Position numbers and translations under genes: made by a program
Source of the DNA: an uncultured delta proteobacterium
Lineage (GTDB): Bacteria; Desulfobacterota; Binatia; UBA9968
Direction: 5' to 3'
Assembly: GCA_963816145.1 (NCBI GenBank)
Contig: CAWFJP010000030.1
Location: 556,956 to 620,955, forward strand
DNA length: 64,000 bases
Notes under the pieces: model-generated
What the model was told of the DNA's origin: nothing
What the model saw: only the letters and a program-made list of their open reading frames with translations
Database searches by the model: none
Part shown: positions 21,211-31,057 of the stretch, piece after piece
Numbering within the stretch: the stretch's first letter is position 1
Layout: every line of letters begins with the position of its first letter

Positions 21211-22716
21211 CTACGAAATCGTACGCTGACGAGGGAAGCGGAGTTGTGTTGTGCTGACGTTGTTTTCAGTTACCGGGCTCACCTCGGGCCGCTGAGGGCG
21301 AAACTGTTTCTTATCGAGACCGTAGAGACGCATTTTGCGAAAAAGCGTTCTTACACAAATGCCGGAGTTAGCCGCGGCCTGATCGATGCTGCCGTGAAAC
21401 GCTTCGAGTTGTTTCACTAAGTATGCCTTTTCTTGTTCTCTGATCCACTGCACGAACGTTACGCCGGTTGAATTGTTTGCTCGATTTACCTCACGCGGTG
21501 GAGGCTCGTCCACAAGATCCACCTTCGCGATTACCGGTAAAGGCGCCAGTACCACAGCTTTCTCGAGCACGTTCTGCAGTTCGCGAACATTGCCAGGCCA
21601 CGAATGATGCATAAGCTGGCTCATTGCTTGCCGAGAGATTTCCGTAATCCCCTTTTGCACCGCGAAGGGGTGCTTTCGTAGGAAATTCTCCACCAGCAAC
21701 GGGATGTCGGCGCGCCGCTGTCGTAGCGGCATCAGCTCAATCGAAACCACATTTATGCGATAGTAAAAATCGCTCCGCATCTTTTGTTGCACAACAAGCT
21801 CCTTGCCAGGAACGTTGGTTGCGGCGATGACCCGCATATCGATATCATACTTCCGATTCCCACCCAGCCGTTGGACCTTGCGATCCTCGAGGACGCGGAG
21901 AAGTTTTGCCTGCATCGATAGCGACATGCTTTCTATTTCATCCAGGAAAAGCGTACCCCCATGGGCTAACTCGATCATTCCCGCCCTTGAGTGATCTGCG
22001 CCTGTGAAGGCTCCTCTCTCGAACCCGAAAAGTTCGCTCTCGAGCAGTGCGTCTGGCACACCCGCACAATTGATCGTCACGAGTTTTCCCTCGCGCCGCG
22101 CGCTTCGCTCATGAATCGCCTTTGCGACGAGCTCCTTTCCAGTGCCAGTTTCGCCTTCTACCAACACCGTCACATCCATGTTTGAAACCATCCGGATGGT
22201 TTCAAAGACACGGTACATTTCGGGAGTTCTGCTGAGCATGCCGACAAATTCGAAGCTATCAGCGAAGCTTCGTCGCATATGTCGAACCTCAGTAAAAATT
22301 TGACCCTTTTCTAACGCAGAACTTGTCGAGGTTTGCACAGCTTCAGCGTTGATTGGCGTGCTAATGAAGTCACTGACGCCTAACTTAAGCGCCTTGACCG
22401 CGACCTCAATGTCTCTTTCACCGGTGATGACTATGACCGGAACGTCCGAGTGCACTTTTCGTAGACGCTCAATGAATCTGATCCCATCGAGGTCTGGTAA
22501 GTGAACGTCGGTCACCACCAGGTCCGTTGAGCCATCAGCTACTTGCTCCAGCGCCTGTTGACCCGACTGCAGCACAGACACCAGATAGGCACATTGAGCA
22601 AAAAGACGCTGTAGTTGTGCGCAAACCACCGCGTCAGAATTAATGAGGAGAATTCGCGGCAAGCGCGGCTCGTCCTGGGGCGTTTGCGTTGTCGTGCCTT
22701 CGCCCATCTTAGTCAA
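21211..22716 (-). CDS. Sigma-54-dependent response regulator (NtrC/AtoC family)
   Basis: Receiver (DLVVTDVHLPDLDG), AAA+ GETGTGKE, ESELFG...GAFTGA, WPGNVREL, C-terminal Fis-like HTH. Confidence 0.93.
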   Translation of the reverse strand: MTKMGEGTTTQTPQDEPRLPRILLINSDAVVCAQLQRLFAQCAYLVSVLQSGQQALEQVADGSTDLVVTDVHLPDLDGIRFIERLRKVHSDVPVIVITGERDIEVAVKALKLGVSDFISTPINAEAVQTSTSSALEKGQIFTEVRHMRRSFADSFEFVGMLSRTPEMYRVFETIRMVSNMDVTVLVEGETGTGKELVAKAIHERSARREGKLVTINCAGVPDALLESELFGFERGAFTGADHSRAGMIELAHGGTLFLDEIESMSLSMQAKLLRVLEDRKVQRLGGNRKYDIDMRVIAATNVPGKELVVQQKMRSDFYYRINVVSIELMPLRQRRADIPLLVENFLRKHPFAVQKGITEISRQAMSQLMHHSWPGNVRELQNVLEKAVVLAPLPVIAKVDLVDEPPPREVNRANNSTGVTFVQWIREQEKAYLVKQLEAFHGSIDQAAANSGICVRTLFRKMRLYGLDKKQFRPQRPEVSPVTENNVSTTQLRFPRQRTIS

Positions 22717-23235
22717 CGAAGTGATAAGTCATGACAGCAACGGATATTCCCTGAATGTTTCGGTCATGTGTCATTTTTTTGACGCAACGGTTAAGTTCTG
22801 ACCGAATCTGGCAACATCGTGGCTCCGCGGTGAGTAATCGCCGTAACACCGCCAAAATACGATGAACGTTCCAATTAAGGAACTAGATACGCGCGACTAT
22901 TGATATTTGCGAATTAAAGTGACTTCTTTTTGCGCCAATTACCTAAATAACGGGTCACAATATCTCGCAAGGCTCAATAGTTATAAAGATGACGATCAAT
23001 TGTCAACAGTTTCGGTGACAGACTGATCAAGGGTGAGGAAGGGAGCGGCTGGAACGACAGGATTAAACCGATGGTGATGCGAGAAATGAGTGTTAACGAA
23101 CTCCTCAGCGAATTCTTTGATGAGATTTATGTCATAACTTCAGATACTTACAGATGCCAAAAGAAGGAGTTTTGATCCAATAAAATACCTTTTTGAGAAT
23201 TCCAGGCAGCGAACCGAGGGACCTGCGGTGGACAT

Positions 23236-23709
23236 CTATGCACAGAAATTGCGCAGGCCGTTTTTCAAAATCAGCACAGCAACCGTTGCACAGATCGCGT
23301 CAAATTCTGTCGAAATTTTCAACGCTGCCCCAACTAACATGATGATCACATGGAGATTCGACGGGGTTAACTGGTCGGACAGTTTTAAAATCTCTTCGTT
23401 TGTACCCAACGTCTTTCGCAGTTCGCAGCTCATTTCGGCAAGGTAGCGAATGCCATCTCGCTTGAGTTCCTCATGGACAACCTCGAACCATTCATTTCGT
23501 TCGATCAGATCTGGCCTCAAAATGTCGATGAAGTTAACCGCCACGTTGGCCTGACGCACAGCGGAAAGAAAGGTTACGATACCGGCTGCCCGCGTCGGCT
23601 TTGCACATCCCAGCAACTGCATGCCCAAGACGGCGTATAAGTCGTCGGTGCCGACGGAAAAAAGTTTCATCGCACCGTCAACCAGTGCGGTCTCTCGATC
23701 TTCCGTCAC
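23236..23709 (-). CDS. Hypothetical protein
   Basis: 157-aa ORF with protein-like composition; no motif recognised. Confidence 0.55.
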   Translation of the reverse strand: MTEDRETALVDGAMKLFSVGTDDLYAVLGMQLLGCAKPTRAAGIVTFLSAVRQANVAVNFIDILRPDLIERNEWFEVVHEELKRDGIRYLAEMSCELRKTLGTNEEILKLSDQLTPSNLHVIIMLVGAALKISTEFDAICATVAVLILKNGLRNFCA

Positions 23710-23833
23710 GCAGTTCGCCCCTATGATTCAAAAAAGATTTTTATGCCATACCAATCAGCAGTGATATTTGACCAAGCTCGAACGCTAATTACCGCTGTTA
23801 GACGCGCAAACTAACCTCCATGGCGGAACGGAT

Positions 23834-25180
23834 TCAAAGCGAAATGATTTTGGGACTGCGAAAGTTCTTGAAGCCGTTCCGGCTATCGATGATCAGCACG
23901 TTTTGCGCCGCGATCGTTGCGTAGTCGAAACTTGGATGGTCGTTTAATAACACGACACAATCCATCGACGCAACAACTTTCGCTGAAACCTGGATTGATT
24001 TCATCAGCGCACCAGCGATCTCTATGGATTTCAACTCGGGATCGGCGAACTCTACGGAAACACCCTTCTGTCGCAAACCGCCCAGGACTTCGAGAGCGGC
24101 GGACTCACAGATCCCGCTTGTGTCACGCGGATGACTAATACCCAAAGCTAGAACTTTTGCACCCTTGAGACTCTTGCCTTCGCCATTTAGCGCATCGGCG
24201 AGTCGTTCGATTATGAAAGGTGAAACTTGCGCGTTAATGTCGGTCGCCAATTCAATCATCCGCAGGTGAAATCCCGCCAGCCCGGTCTTCGACGCAATGT
24301 AGCGTGCGTCGACCGGAGCTACATCGCTACCCACGCCGGGTCCAGGATGAAAGGCCATGAATCCAAACGGCTTGGTGCGCGCCGCGTCGATCACCTCCCA
24401 AACGCTAACGCCAAGCTTGTGAGAAAGTACTGCCAATTCATTGATGACGGCAGTGTTTACCGTGCCGAAGGTATTTTCCAATAGTTTTGCCATCTCCGCT
24501 GTCTCGACTGATGAAACTGGAATTACCGTGTCGACAAACTGTTGGTAAAATATTGTCGCCAGATCAGTACAATAAGAGGTTATGCCGCCAATAACTCTTG
24601 GCGTATCATGGATGCTGCTGCGTGAGTGATCGAGACCGAGCCGCTGAGGTGCGTAGGCAAGGAAAAAATCTTCGCCGACTTGCAGCCCGCTCTCTTCCAA
24701 AACGGCTAATATCAACTTGCGCATCGCGCCTGGATAAGCCGTGCTTTCCAGTACGATTAATTGGCCCGGTCGCAAATGATTTTTGATCGACTCGATGGCC
24801 GCGACGACATACGATAGCGACGGTTCGTTAGCCTGTTGTAGCGGCGTTGGCACGCATATCACCACCGCATCGAGTTGCTCAACCGCTGCTAACGATTGAC
24901 TGGCCTTGATCTGACTCTTCTCGACGAACTGCAAGAGTGTCGCGCTTGGCACCTCAACGTAGTCCGATATCCCAGCGTTCACAGCGTTCACACGTGCTCC
25001 ATCGAAATCGACGCCAGTGACGCTAAAGCCTGCCTTAGCCATCTCGACGGCCGCAGAAATCCCAGCGTATCCCAGACCAACAACACCGACGGCAGCGCTG
25101 CGATTGCGAAGCTTGTCTTCTAAGACTGACCGCGAGTCGGTCATTTGTGAATACTGCGGTTTGAAATGGCCCAAACTCAT
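23834..25180 (-). CDS. UDP-glucose/GDP-mannose dehydrogenase family protein (WbpA/WecC-like) with degenerate active site
   Basis: GVVGLGYAG, ICVPTP, LESTAYPG, AEMAKLLENTF, AARTKPFGFM; GPGVGSDV replaces GPGxGGHC; ATG 25180 with AGGAG upstream. Confidence 0.85.
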   Translation of the reverse strand: MSLGHFKPQYSQMTDSRSVLEDKLRNRSAAVGVVGLGYAGISAAVEMAKAGFSVTGVDFDGARVNAVNAGISDYVEVPSATLLQFVEKSQIKASQSLAAVEQLDAVVICVPTPLQQANEPSLSYVVAAIESIKNHLRPGQLIVLESTAYPGAMRKLILAVLEESGLQVGEDFFLAYAPQRLGLDHSRSSIHDTPRVIGGITSYCTDLATIFYQQFVDTVIPVSSVETAEMAKLLENTFGTVNTAVINELAVLSHKLGVSVWEVIDAARTKPFGFMAFHPGPGVGSDVAPVDARYIASKTGLAGFHLRMIELATDINAQVSPFIIERLADALNGEGKSLKGAKVLALGISHPRDTSGICESAALEVLGGLRQKGVSVEFADPELKSIEIAGALMKSIQVSAKVVASMDCVVLLNDHPSFDYATIAAQNVLIIDSRNGFKNFRSPKIISL

Positions 25181-25372
25181 ATTGGTTCTCCTATGAAAAG
25201 TTCCCTTTTCATCCTTTTTCCAATTTTGTCGGCGATCACGCACAAAGCGACTTTCAACCTGTCGTCTCCATTGATGCCAACAGTCTCTATTCGTTTGCTG
25301 AATGAATTGAGATTTTGCCCAGGGGCGGGCCTTGGCAAGGTGGAAGCAAGTTCGCTGCTCGATCTTCCGGTC

Positions 25373-26479
25373 TCAAAATTGAAGTTTTGTCCGGAAACGT
25401 TTAGGCATTAACAAGTAAGGAGGCACTAAGAATAAATTTCGGGATTCCACTCCCGATGATACGAGAGTGTTCCAAAGAATTTTAAGATTTCTTTCGCTTA
25501 AAATCGGTCCGAACTCTTTTCCAGCCACCAAATATCGATCGATCAACCCATGGACGATCGTTAGATTTAAATTCCTCAAGGCCCGCTGCTTGCAGCGTAA
25601 CGCATCCAGCACAGAAGGGGCAACATAGACAATTTGATGTTTAGCCATATAGCTGAGCAAAAGGTAAAGATGTGTGGCGGCAATCGATCCGTCCACCCAG
25701 CTTAAAATTCGCTGCCAATTCACTTGTTGCCCGCAGTTTTTTAAGAGACAAATCAAGTCAAGGAACGCCACCATGCCGCCGACGACGTTAAAATCACTAG
25801 CCCAATGGGAAGCGACGTAGGCGATTTGAAGCTCGTTGCTAAGACGGTTTACGCTTCTTCCTTGAAACTCTGAAGGCTGGAGCTGGGCTTTTACATTTTC
25901 GAGGCCAAAAAGCTTGTCATGGCTCACTCTATTTTGCGACGAAAACAGTGCGCGATGAACTTCTATCCAAACGCCTTTTTGGGGATGGTACCAGGGCATA
26001 TCGTGATGATGGTTTTGGTAAAACGTCTTGAACCGCCTGTAACGCTGGCGATAGCCTAGCTTTATGAGCAAAGCGTTGATCTGAACCAAGTCGCTGCTGT
26101 CAATGAGAAAGTCTATGTCCCGCATGGCTCTTAAATGTGGCGCGGGATAGTGCTGACCACAAATCGAAATACCCTTGAGAAGGGCAAGAGGAGCCATCTG
26201 GCTTTCGCAACCATCAATAATCTCAACCATAGCGTCAACGTGCTCCATGGTGAGCACTCGCGCAGTTAGATCAGCTCCTCTCAACAAAGGCCATGATGGC
26301 GAAGCTGGGGCTTGAGAATCGGTTTTGGTGGCGTGGACTAAGAGGGCGCCCAAGCCATTTGCGAGCGCCCAACGGATCTCTGCTTCGCCGAAGCTCGCTA
26401 ACCTTAAGTCCGACCGGTCTTGAGAAATAGCCTGCAGGAGAGAGATCAGTTGCAAAGCCATTGGCCTCTCGTTGCTCAA
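25373..26479 (-). CDS. Uncharacterised nucleotidyltransferase family protein (NTP_transf_5-like)
   Basis: LLKGISI...YP...LRAMRDIDFLI, IEVHRAL motifs typical of the family found next to PqqD/HPr-kinase-like genes. Confidence 0.8.
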   Translation of the reverse strand: MSNERPMALQLISLLQAISQDRSDLRLASFGEAEIRWALANGLGALLVHATKTDSQAPASPSWPLLRGADLTARVLTMEHVDAMVEIIDGCESQMAPLALLKGISICGQHYPAPHLRAMRDIDFLIDSSDLVQINALLIKLGYRQRYRRFKTFYQNHHHDMPWYHPQKGVWIEVHRALFSSQNRVSHDKLFGLENVKAQLQPSEFQGRSVNRLSNELQIAYVASHWASDFNVVGGMVAFLDLICLLKNCGQQVNWQRILSWVDGSIAATHLYLLLSYMAKHQIVYVAPSVLDALRCKQRALRNLNLTIVHGLIDRYLVAGKEFGPILSERNLKILWNTLVSSGVESRNLFLVPPYLLMPKRFRTKLQF

Positions 26480-27300
26480 ACAGAGCCGATCAGGGTAGCT
26501 TTGATGAGGGCGTAGGTTTCGCCAAGACCAGCGGTCATGAGCTAGTAAGCAACGATTCGTTCAGCAATGCCAATGGCCGCGTCCGGGGCGTTTCCGGAGT
26601 GAGATCCGGGATTTAGAGCGCCGGCGAGCAATTGCACAACCGTCCTGGGTTTAGGCACAATTCGAATCTAAGGTCGTGTGGCTTCCGGGCCGTATTGCAC
26701 AAAGAACACGGCCGCAAGCGGAGTCCGGCTTTCACTAATGCCGCTTGGAAATGCGCCCGTCGGGATCCATACCATCCGCGATGGCTCTATTTTGCAGCTT
26801 GGAAGTTCAAAACTCGGTGACTCCCGCCGCAGTCAAAGAGCGCGTCGATAGGGATACACGTACATGGTTTTGAGGTACACCGGCGAAATTTCATCGCTAG
26901 GTAACGGATCCCTTCGTATAACAACGACAAAGCGGTTGTCGATTTGCCCCATTTGCTTGGGGCAACGAACATACATGCCGTGCCCGCAAATTCCAGTACA
27001 GCACCACGGACAAATAGGAGGTCGTCGCGCAATTTCCGCAATTGTATACTAATGCCCTGCGCGAAAAGATAAAGAAACTCACCATCGCACCTTGTTTTGT
27101 GAGATATTCGCTTTCCATTAGGAATCTAAAACTCCCCCGACGCAACGTCTCAGCCGATCGTTGTAGTTTAGATCCACAGACGTGCACTCGGATTGCCTTT
27201 GGCCGTAGTTTGCGCTTAAAAGTGCCGCGGCCTCGGCGCTCTCACAACAAATAGTTGCTTTGCAATCACAAGTCTTAAGGATGATTTTTCTAGGCTTTCA
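26476..27300 (-). pseudogene. Decayed paralog of the HPr-kinase-like kinase (start approximate)
   Basis: Pieces align to 27836-28705 (ANYG; KLRDDLLFVRGAVLEFAG...APSKWGKSTT...RYL; ALNPGSHSGNAPDAAIGIA); frameshifts plus in-frame TAG at ~26669 and ~26543. Confidence 0.75.
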
Positions 27301-27554
27301 CACATTTTCTTTATAGGTGAGGAAGAACGACAAATTTCACCACACGACGATCGATCACCGCGCGGTGAGTTAGAGATTTGGCAACAAATGCTACGAGGTC
27401 GATGAGTGTTTGGGGGGGGCGAGGCAAATCGTTCGGTCGTTTTGAAACTACCTCAATCGCGAACCGATTTTGCAGGAAGACGCTCGGCGTTACAATTAAC
27501 TTCGCTCTGTTTAACTGCTACCGGCGAGCCGACGGAGACAATTAAAAGTCCCTG

Positions 27555-27749
27555 CTATCTCTTACTACGGTATTTCTTGTCGTTCCAACTATTATTATTG
27601 CGGTATTTCTTTTCACTCCAACGGCTACCCTCATCGCCGTAACCGGAACCTCCTCCGGCAAATGCCGGTACCGCAGTCAGCGTTAAAATGACGGGCGCGA
27701 TATAGGCGGCCCGCTTGATGACTTCCCTTCTTGTGATTTTCTCAGACAT
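27555..27749 (-). CDS. Putative RiPP precursor / Tat-exported peptide, 64 aa
   Basis: ATG 27749 with GGAGG upstream; MSEKITRREVIKRAAYIAPVILTLTAVPAFA|GGGSGYGDEGSRWSEKKYRNNNSWNDKKYRSKR; directly after RRE and kinase genes. Confidence 0.75.
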   Translation of the reverse strand: MSEKITRREVIKRAAYIAPVILTLTAVPAFAGGGSGYGDEGSRWSEKKYRNNNSWNDKKYRSKR

Positions 27750-27835
27750 GAGGCCCTCCGCATTCTCGTTTAGAGTTAATATTGTCGACCTCGCAAACGA
27801 ATAACTTATAGCGAAACGTAACAGGGCGTGCAAGA

Positions 27836-28705
27836 TCACTTCTCCCCATTGGCGCCAAATTGGCTCATTCCAGTGATTTGTTTACCGGAAAGATCTTGCA
27901 ACGTATTCTTCACAATCTCACATGTCGCGGCAAGATCACCGATGGTTAATTCGAAGCAACGAGTGTTTCTAGCGATCTCAATCGCTCCGTCGAGTCCCTC
28001 TCCTTCATGGGCAAGCGCGTTAAGAGCATTCGCAAACAGACGTGCTGCCGCCTCAGCTTTGGTGATAGGTTCAATCGTCGGCGTAGGCGACCGGGGCCGT
28101 TGCCGCAAGAAAAATACCGTGGCGAAAGAAGTGGGCTCTCTACCGACGTCGCAGGGCAGTAATTCAACCGGCACATGCATAGTTGTGGATAGGCGGAGAG
28201 TGCGTTCCGGTAAGATGAATGGTTTCGCCGGTTCCTTCTTGAGACAGAGCGCGTGAGGGTAAGGATGAACCTCCATTCTTTCCAATCCTACTGGCGCCAG
28301 CTCATCGCTTAAATAGCGAAAGCCGTGGTGTAAGAGTCCCCAAGTGGTGGTCGACTTACCGCCTCCAGACGCTGCGACCAGCAAGAAAGACCTTCCCTCG
28401 AACTCAAGCGCGGCTCCATGAAGAAAATAGAGGTCGCGCCGAAGCTTTTGCAACTCGATGGTCAAATCCTTTTCAAACAGAAAGAGAAATTCCCCATCAT
28501 CCGTCGCGACCAATGTCTCCGATCCGTCCCTGGTTATCACAAAACCCTGGGACGTCTGGTCTCGACTTATGGAATAGTGTAATTGCGGTCCCTTACTTTG
28601 CCCTTTGAACGAGCCGTAGTTAGCCAGTATAAGGGACGCCGCCCGGCTATCCATACAGTTAACCCGGACGTTGCAACCGAATACGGACAATTCTATCGGG
28701 TTCAT
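27836..28705 (-). CDS. HPr-kinase-related (P-loop) serine kinase
   Basis: FLHGAAL...VAASGGGKSTT...GFRYLSDELAPV...HPYPHALCLK. Confidence 0.85.
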   Translation of the reverse strand: MNPIELSVFGCNVRVNCMDSRAASLILANYGSFKGQSKGPQLHYSISRDQTSQGFVITRDGSETLVATDDGEFLFLFEKDLTIELQKLRRDLYFLHGAALEFEGRSFLLVAASGGGKSTTTWGLLHHGFRYLSDELAPVGLERMEVHPYPHALCLKKEPAKPFILPERTLRLSTTMHVPVELLPCDVGREPTSFATVFFLRQRPRSPTPTIEPITKAEAAARLFANALNALAHEGEGLDGAIEIARNTRCFELTIGDLAATCEIVKNTLQDLSGKQITGMSQFGANGEK

Positions 28706-28710
28706 AAAGC

Positions 28711-29118
28711 TTAGAGTAGAGGGAAATGCTTAGTCTCCGATTTTTTGGATTCCCGACATTTGCGACCGTGTTCCAAAAGATCCAAATCTCGGAGCTGCGC
28801 CATGGCTTGCAATACGTCTTTTACGGCTGTCTTTAGGTCCACCTCATACAATTCCACGAGATGATTTGCTATTTCATCGGTTGAACAGTTACCATCACAA
28901 TGCTCCCATACAAGGTTGGCGGTTTGGTTGAGTTGGTGAATCAATCCGGCCTTTCGGTCTAAAATCAGTGTTTCTCCTTCGACAATCCGCACGCTGAGAT
29001 CGGAGCGCCGTTTCGGACGATGCTCAGGCGCGGGTGAGACTGGTGATAAAGATGAATCCCCAGCGGAAATCCTTGTAGCCAATCCTTTCACTGTCCCTTG
29101 ATTTCTTACTGGCTTCAT
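28711..29118 (-). CDS. Stand-alone PqqD-family / RiPP recognition element (RRE) protein
   Basis: [11 protein letters not shown]...[33 protein letters not shown]...AVKDV...L...DLL. Confidence 0.9.
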   Translation of the reverse strand: MKPVRNQGTVKGLATRISAGDSSLSPVSPAPEHRPKRRSDLSVRIVEGETLILDRKAGLIHQLNQTANLVWEHCDGNCSTDEIANHLVELYEVDLKTAVKDVLQAMAQLRDLDLLEHGRKCRESKKSETKHFPLL

Positions 29119-29149
29119 AAGACCTCAATGCTTTCAATTTCGAATATTG

Positions 29150-31057
29150 TCAGTTCGTCACACTCATATCCGCTTGGTCGACTATGAAGCCACTCAGCGC
29201 ACCGCTCCCCTCGGCATCAAGTCCATGGAGACAATCCAAATATTGGACCACGGGACTGACACAACTCGCGGGCGTGGCCCCTACAGTCCGGATTTGAATT
29301 TCCGGCGCTTGCGGCGGTTCATAATTGCTGTCAATCCCCGTAAAGTTCTTCAGTTCTCCACGCCGCGCCTTTGCATACAGCCCTTTTACGTCGCGGCGCT
29401 CACACTCCTCCAGCGGCGTATCGACAAAGACTTCGATGAACTCGCCGGGGGCAAACAGGCCGCGCGCCAATTTGCGCTCGGCTCGGTACGGTGAAATAAA
29501 TGCGACGATGACGATCAGCCCCGCGTCCACCAATAGTTTCGCGACCTCCGCCACCCGACGGATATTTTCTACGCGGTCGGCCTCAGTGAAGCCTAAGTCT
29601 CGGTTAAGCCCGTGGCGGACATTATCGCCGTCAAGTACGTAGGTGTGCTTGCCGCCGGCGTGCAATCGCTTTTCCAACAGGTTGGCTATTGTTGACTTTC
29701 CCGAACCCGAAAGTCCCGTGAACCAAAGACAACGGGCTTGCTGATACTTCAACTCGGCGCGGGCGGCTTTGGTTACCTCGAGGGCTTGCCAATGGACGTT
29801 TACCGCGCGGCGTAGAGCAAAACGGATCATGCCGGCGCCGACCGTCTCATTGGTCAACTTATCGATGACGATAAACGCGCCCAACCTTTGGTTCTCAGCG
29901 TAGGGTGCGAAGGGTATTGCGCGATCGAAGCTAACGTTGACCGCGCCGATTTCATTCAAGGCGAGCGTCTTGGCGGCGAGACGTGTTCCAGAGTTGATGT
30001 CAAGTCGATGCTTGATATGGGTGATACTGATGTTCGACGCTTTAGTGTGGATCAAGCCCGCGTAGGAGCGACCCGGGAGCAAGGCGTGGTCGCTCATCCA
30101 GAAAAGATCCGCCTCAAACTGGTCGGCGCATTCAACCGGGTGTGACGCGGTCGCAATAACATCTCCTCGGCTCGCATCAACTTCGTCACTGAGCACCAAA
30201 GTTACTGACTGCCCAGCGTTTCCTTCGCCCGCAAGATCGCTACCGATGACAATTTCTTTTACACGGCTAGCCACACCGGAGGGGCTGATGCGTACACTGT
30301 CGCCGGGCTTGACCGACCCACTGCCGATACGTCCGGAAAATCCACGGAAATCGTGGTTGGGTCGGTTGACCCATTGCACCGGCATGGCAAAGGGTTGGCT
30401 AGCTTCGCTCGCCCGAGTCGGGACGGTTTCGAGCCAGTGCAAGAGGCTCGTTCCGTTATACCAGGGCATATCGGCGCTGCCGCATTCAACGATATTGTGA
30501 CCCTCAAGCGCCGACAAAGGGATCGCCGTTATCGTTTGAAAGCCAAGATCCTGAGAAAAGCAGCGATAGGCAAGTTCGATTTCGTTGAAGACCAGTTGCG
30601 ACCAGCCGACAAGATCCATTTTGTTGACCGCCAGCGCCACGTGGCGGATCCCCAGCATCGAAGCGATGCGGCTATGGCGTTTGGTCTGAGTGAGCACCCC
30701 CTTCCGGGCGTCGATCAGCAGCACGGCCGCCTGAGCCGTCGACGCGCCGGTAGCCATATTGCGGGTGTACTGCTCATGACCTGGTGTGTCGGCGACGATG
30801 AATCGGCGTCCGGGCGTGGCGAAAAAGCGGTAGGCAACATCGATCGTGATGCCCTGTTCGCGTTCGGCATGCAATCCGTCAACCAACAACGCAAAATCCA
30901 ACCGCTCGCCCTGGGTCCCGAATTTTTTTGAGTCCGCCTTGAGTGCCTCCAGTTGATCCTCAAAGATCATTTTGGTCTCGTAAAGCAAACGACCAATCAG
31001 TGTCGATTTACCATCGTCGACGCTGCCACAGGTAATGAAGCGCAAGGTGTCCATCAA
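29150..31057 (-). CDS. cysNC: Bifunctional sulfate adenylyltransferase subunit 1 / APS kinase (CysNC, NodQ-like)
   Basis: [42 protein letters not shown]; C-terminal [22 protein letters not shown]. Confidence 0.96.
   Translation of the reverse strand: MMDTLRFITCGSVDDGKSTLIGRLLYETKMIFEDQLEALKADSKKFGTQGERLDFALLVDGLHAEREQGITIDVAYRFFATPGRRFIVADTPGHEQYTRNMATGASTAQAAVLLIDARKGVLTQTKRHSRIASMLGIRHVALAVNKMDLVGWSQLVFNEIELAYRCFSQDLGFQTITAIPLSALEGHNIVECGSADMPWYNGTSLLHWLETVPTRASEASQPFAMPVQWVNRPNHDFRGFSGRIGSGSVKPGDSVRISPSGVASRVKEIVIGSDLAGEGNAGQSVTLVLSDEVDASRGDVIATASHPVECADQFEADLFWMSDHALLPGRSYAGLIHTKASNISITHIKHRLDINSGTRLAAKTLALNEIGAVNVSFDRAIPFAPYAENQRLGAFIVIDKLTNETVGAGMIRFALRRAVNVHWQALEVTKAARAELKYQQARCLWFTGLSGSGKSTIANLLEKRLHAGGKHTYVLDGDNVRHGLNRDLGFTEADRVENIRRVAEVAKLLVDAGLIVIVAFISPYRAERKLARGLFAPGEFIEVFVDTPLEECERRDVKGLYAKARRGELKNFTGIDSNYEPPQAPEIQIRTVGATPASCVSPVVQYLDCLHGLDAEGSGALSGFIVDQADMSVTN

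Noticed and set aside
22809-22824. Possible sigma-54 promoter TGGCAACATCGTGGCT
   Set aside because: GG-N10-GC spacing fits, but the match is weak and it points away from any convincing gene.
23071-23175. 34-aa plus-strand ORF MVMREMSVNELLSEFFDEIY...
   Set aside because: No clear RBS, motif or context supporting it as a second precursor.
26476-27300. Pyrrolysine or amber read-through of the two TAG codons
   Set aside because: The gene also has frameshifts and a lost conserved His; no pyl genes seen; TAG is used as a normal stop elsewhere in the window.
25373-29118. Canonical lasso peptide cluster or PQQ biosynthesis
   Set aside because: No asparagine-synthetase-like cyclase, B2 peptidase or pqqA/B/C/E in the window, and the leader lacks Thr at -2. 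A trans-acting cyclase outside the window cannot be excluded.
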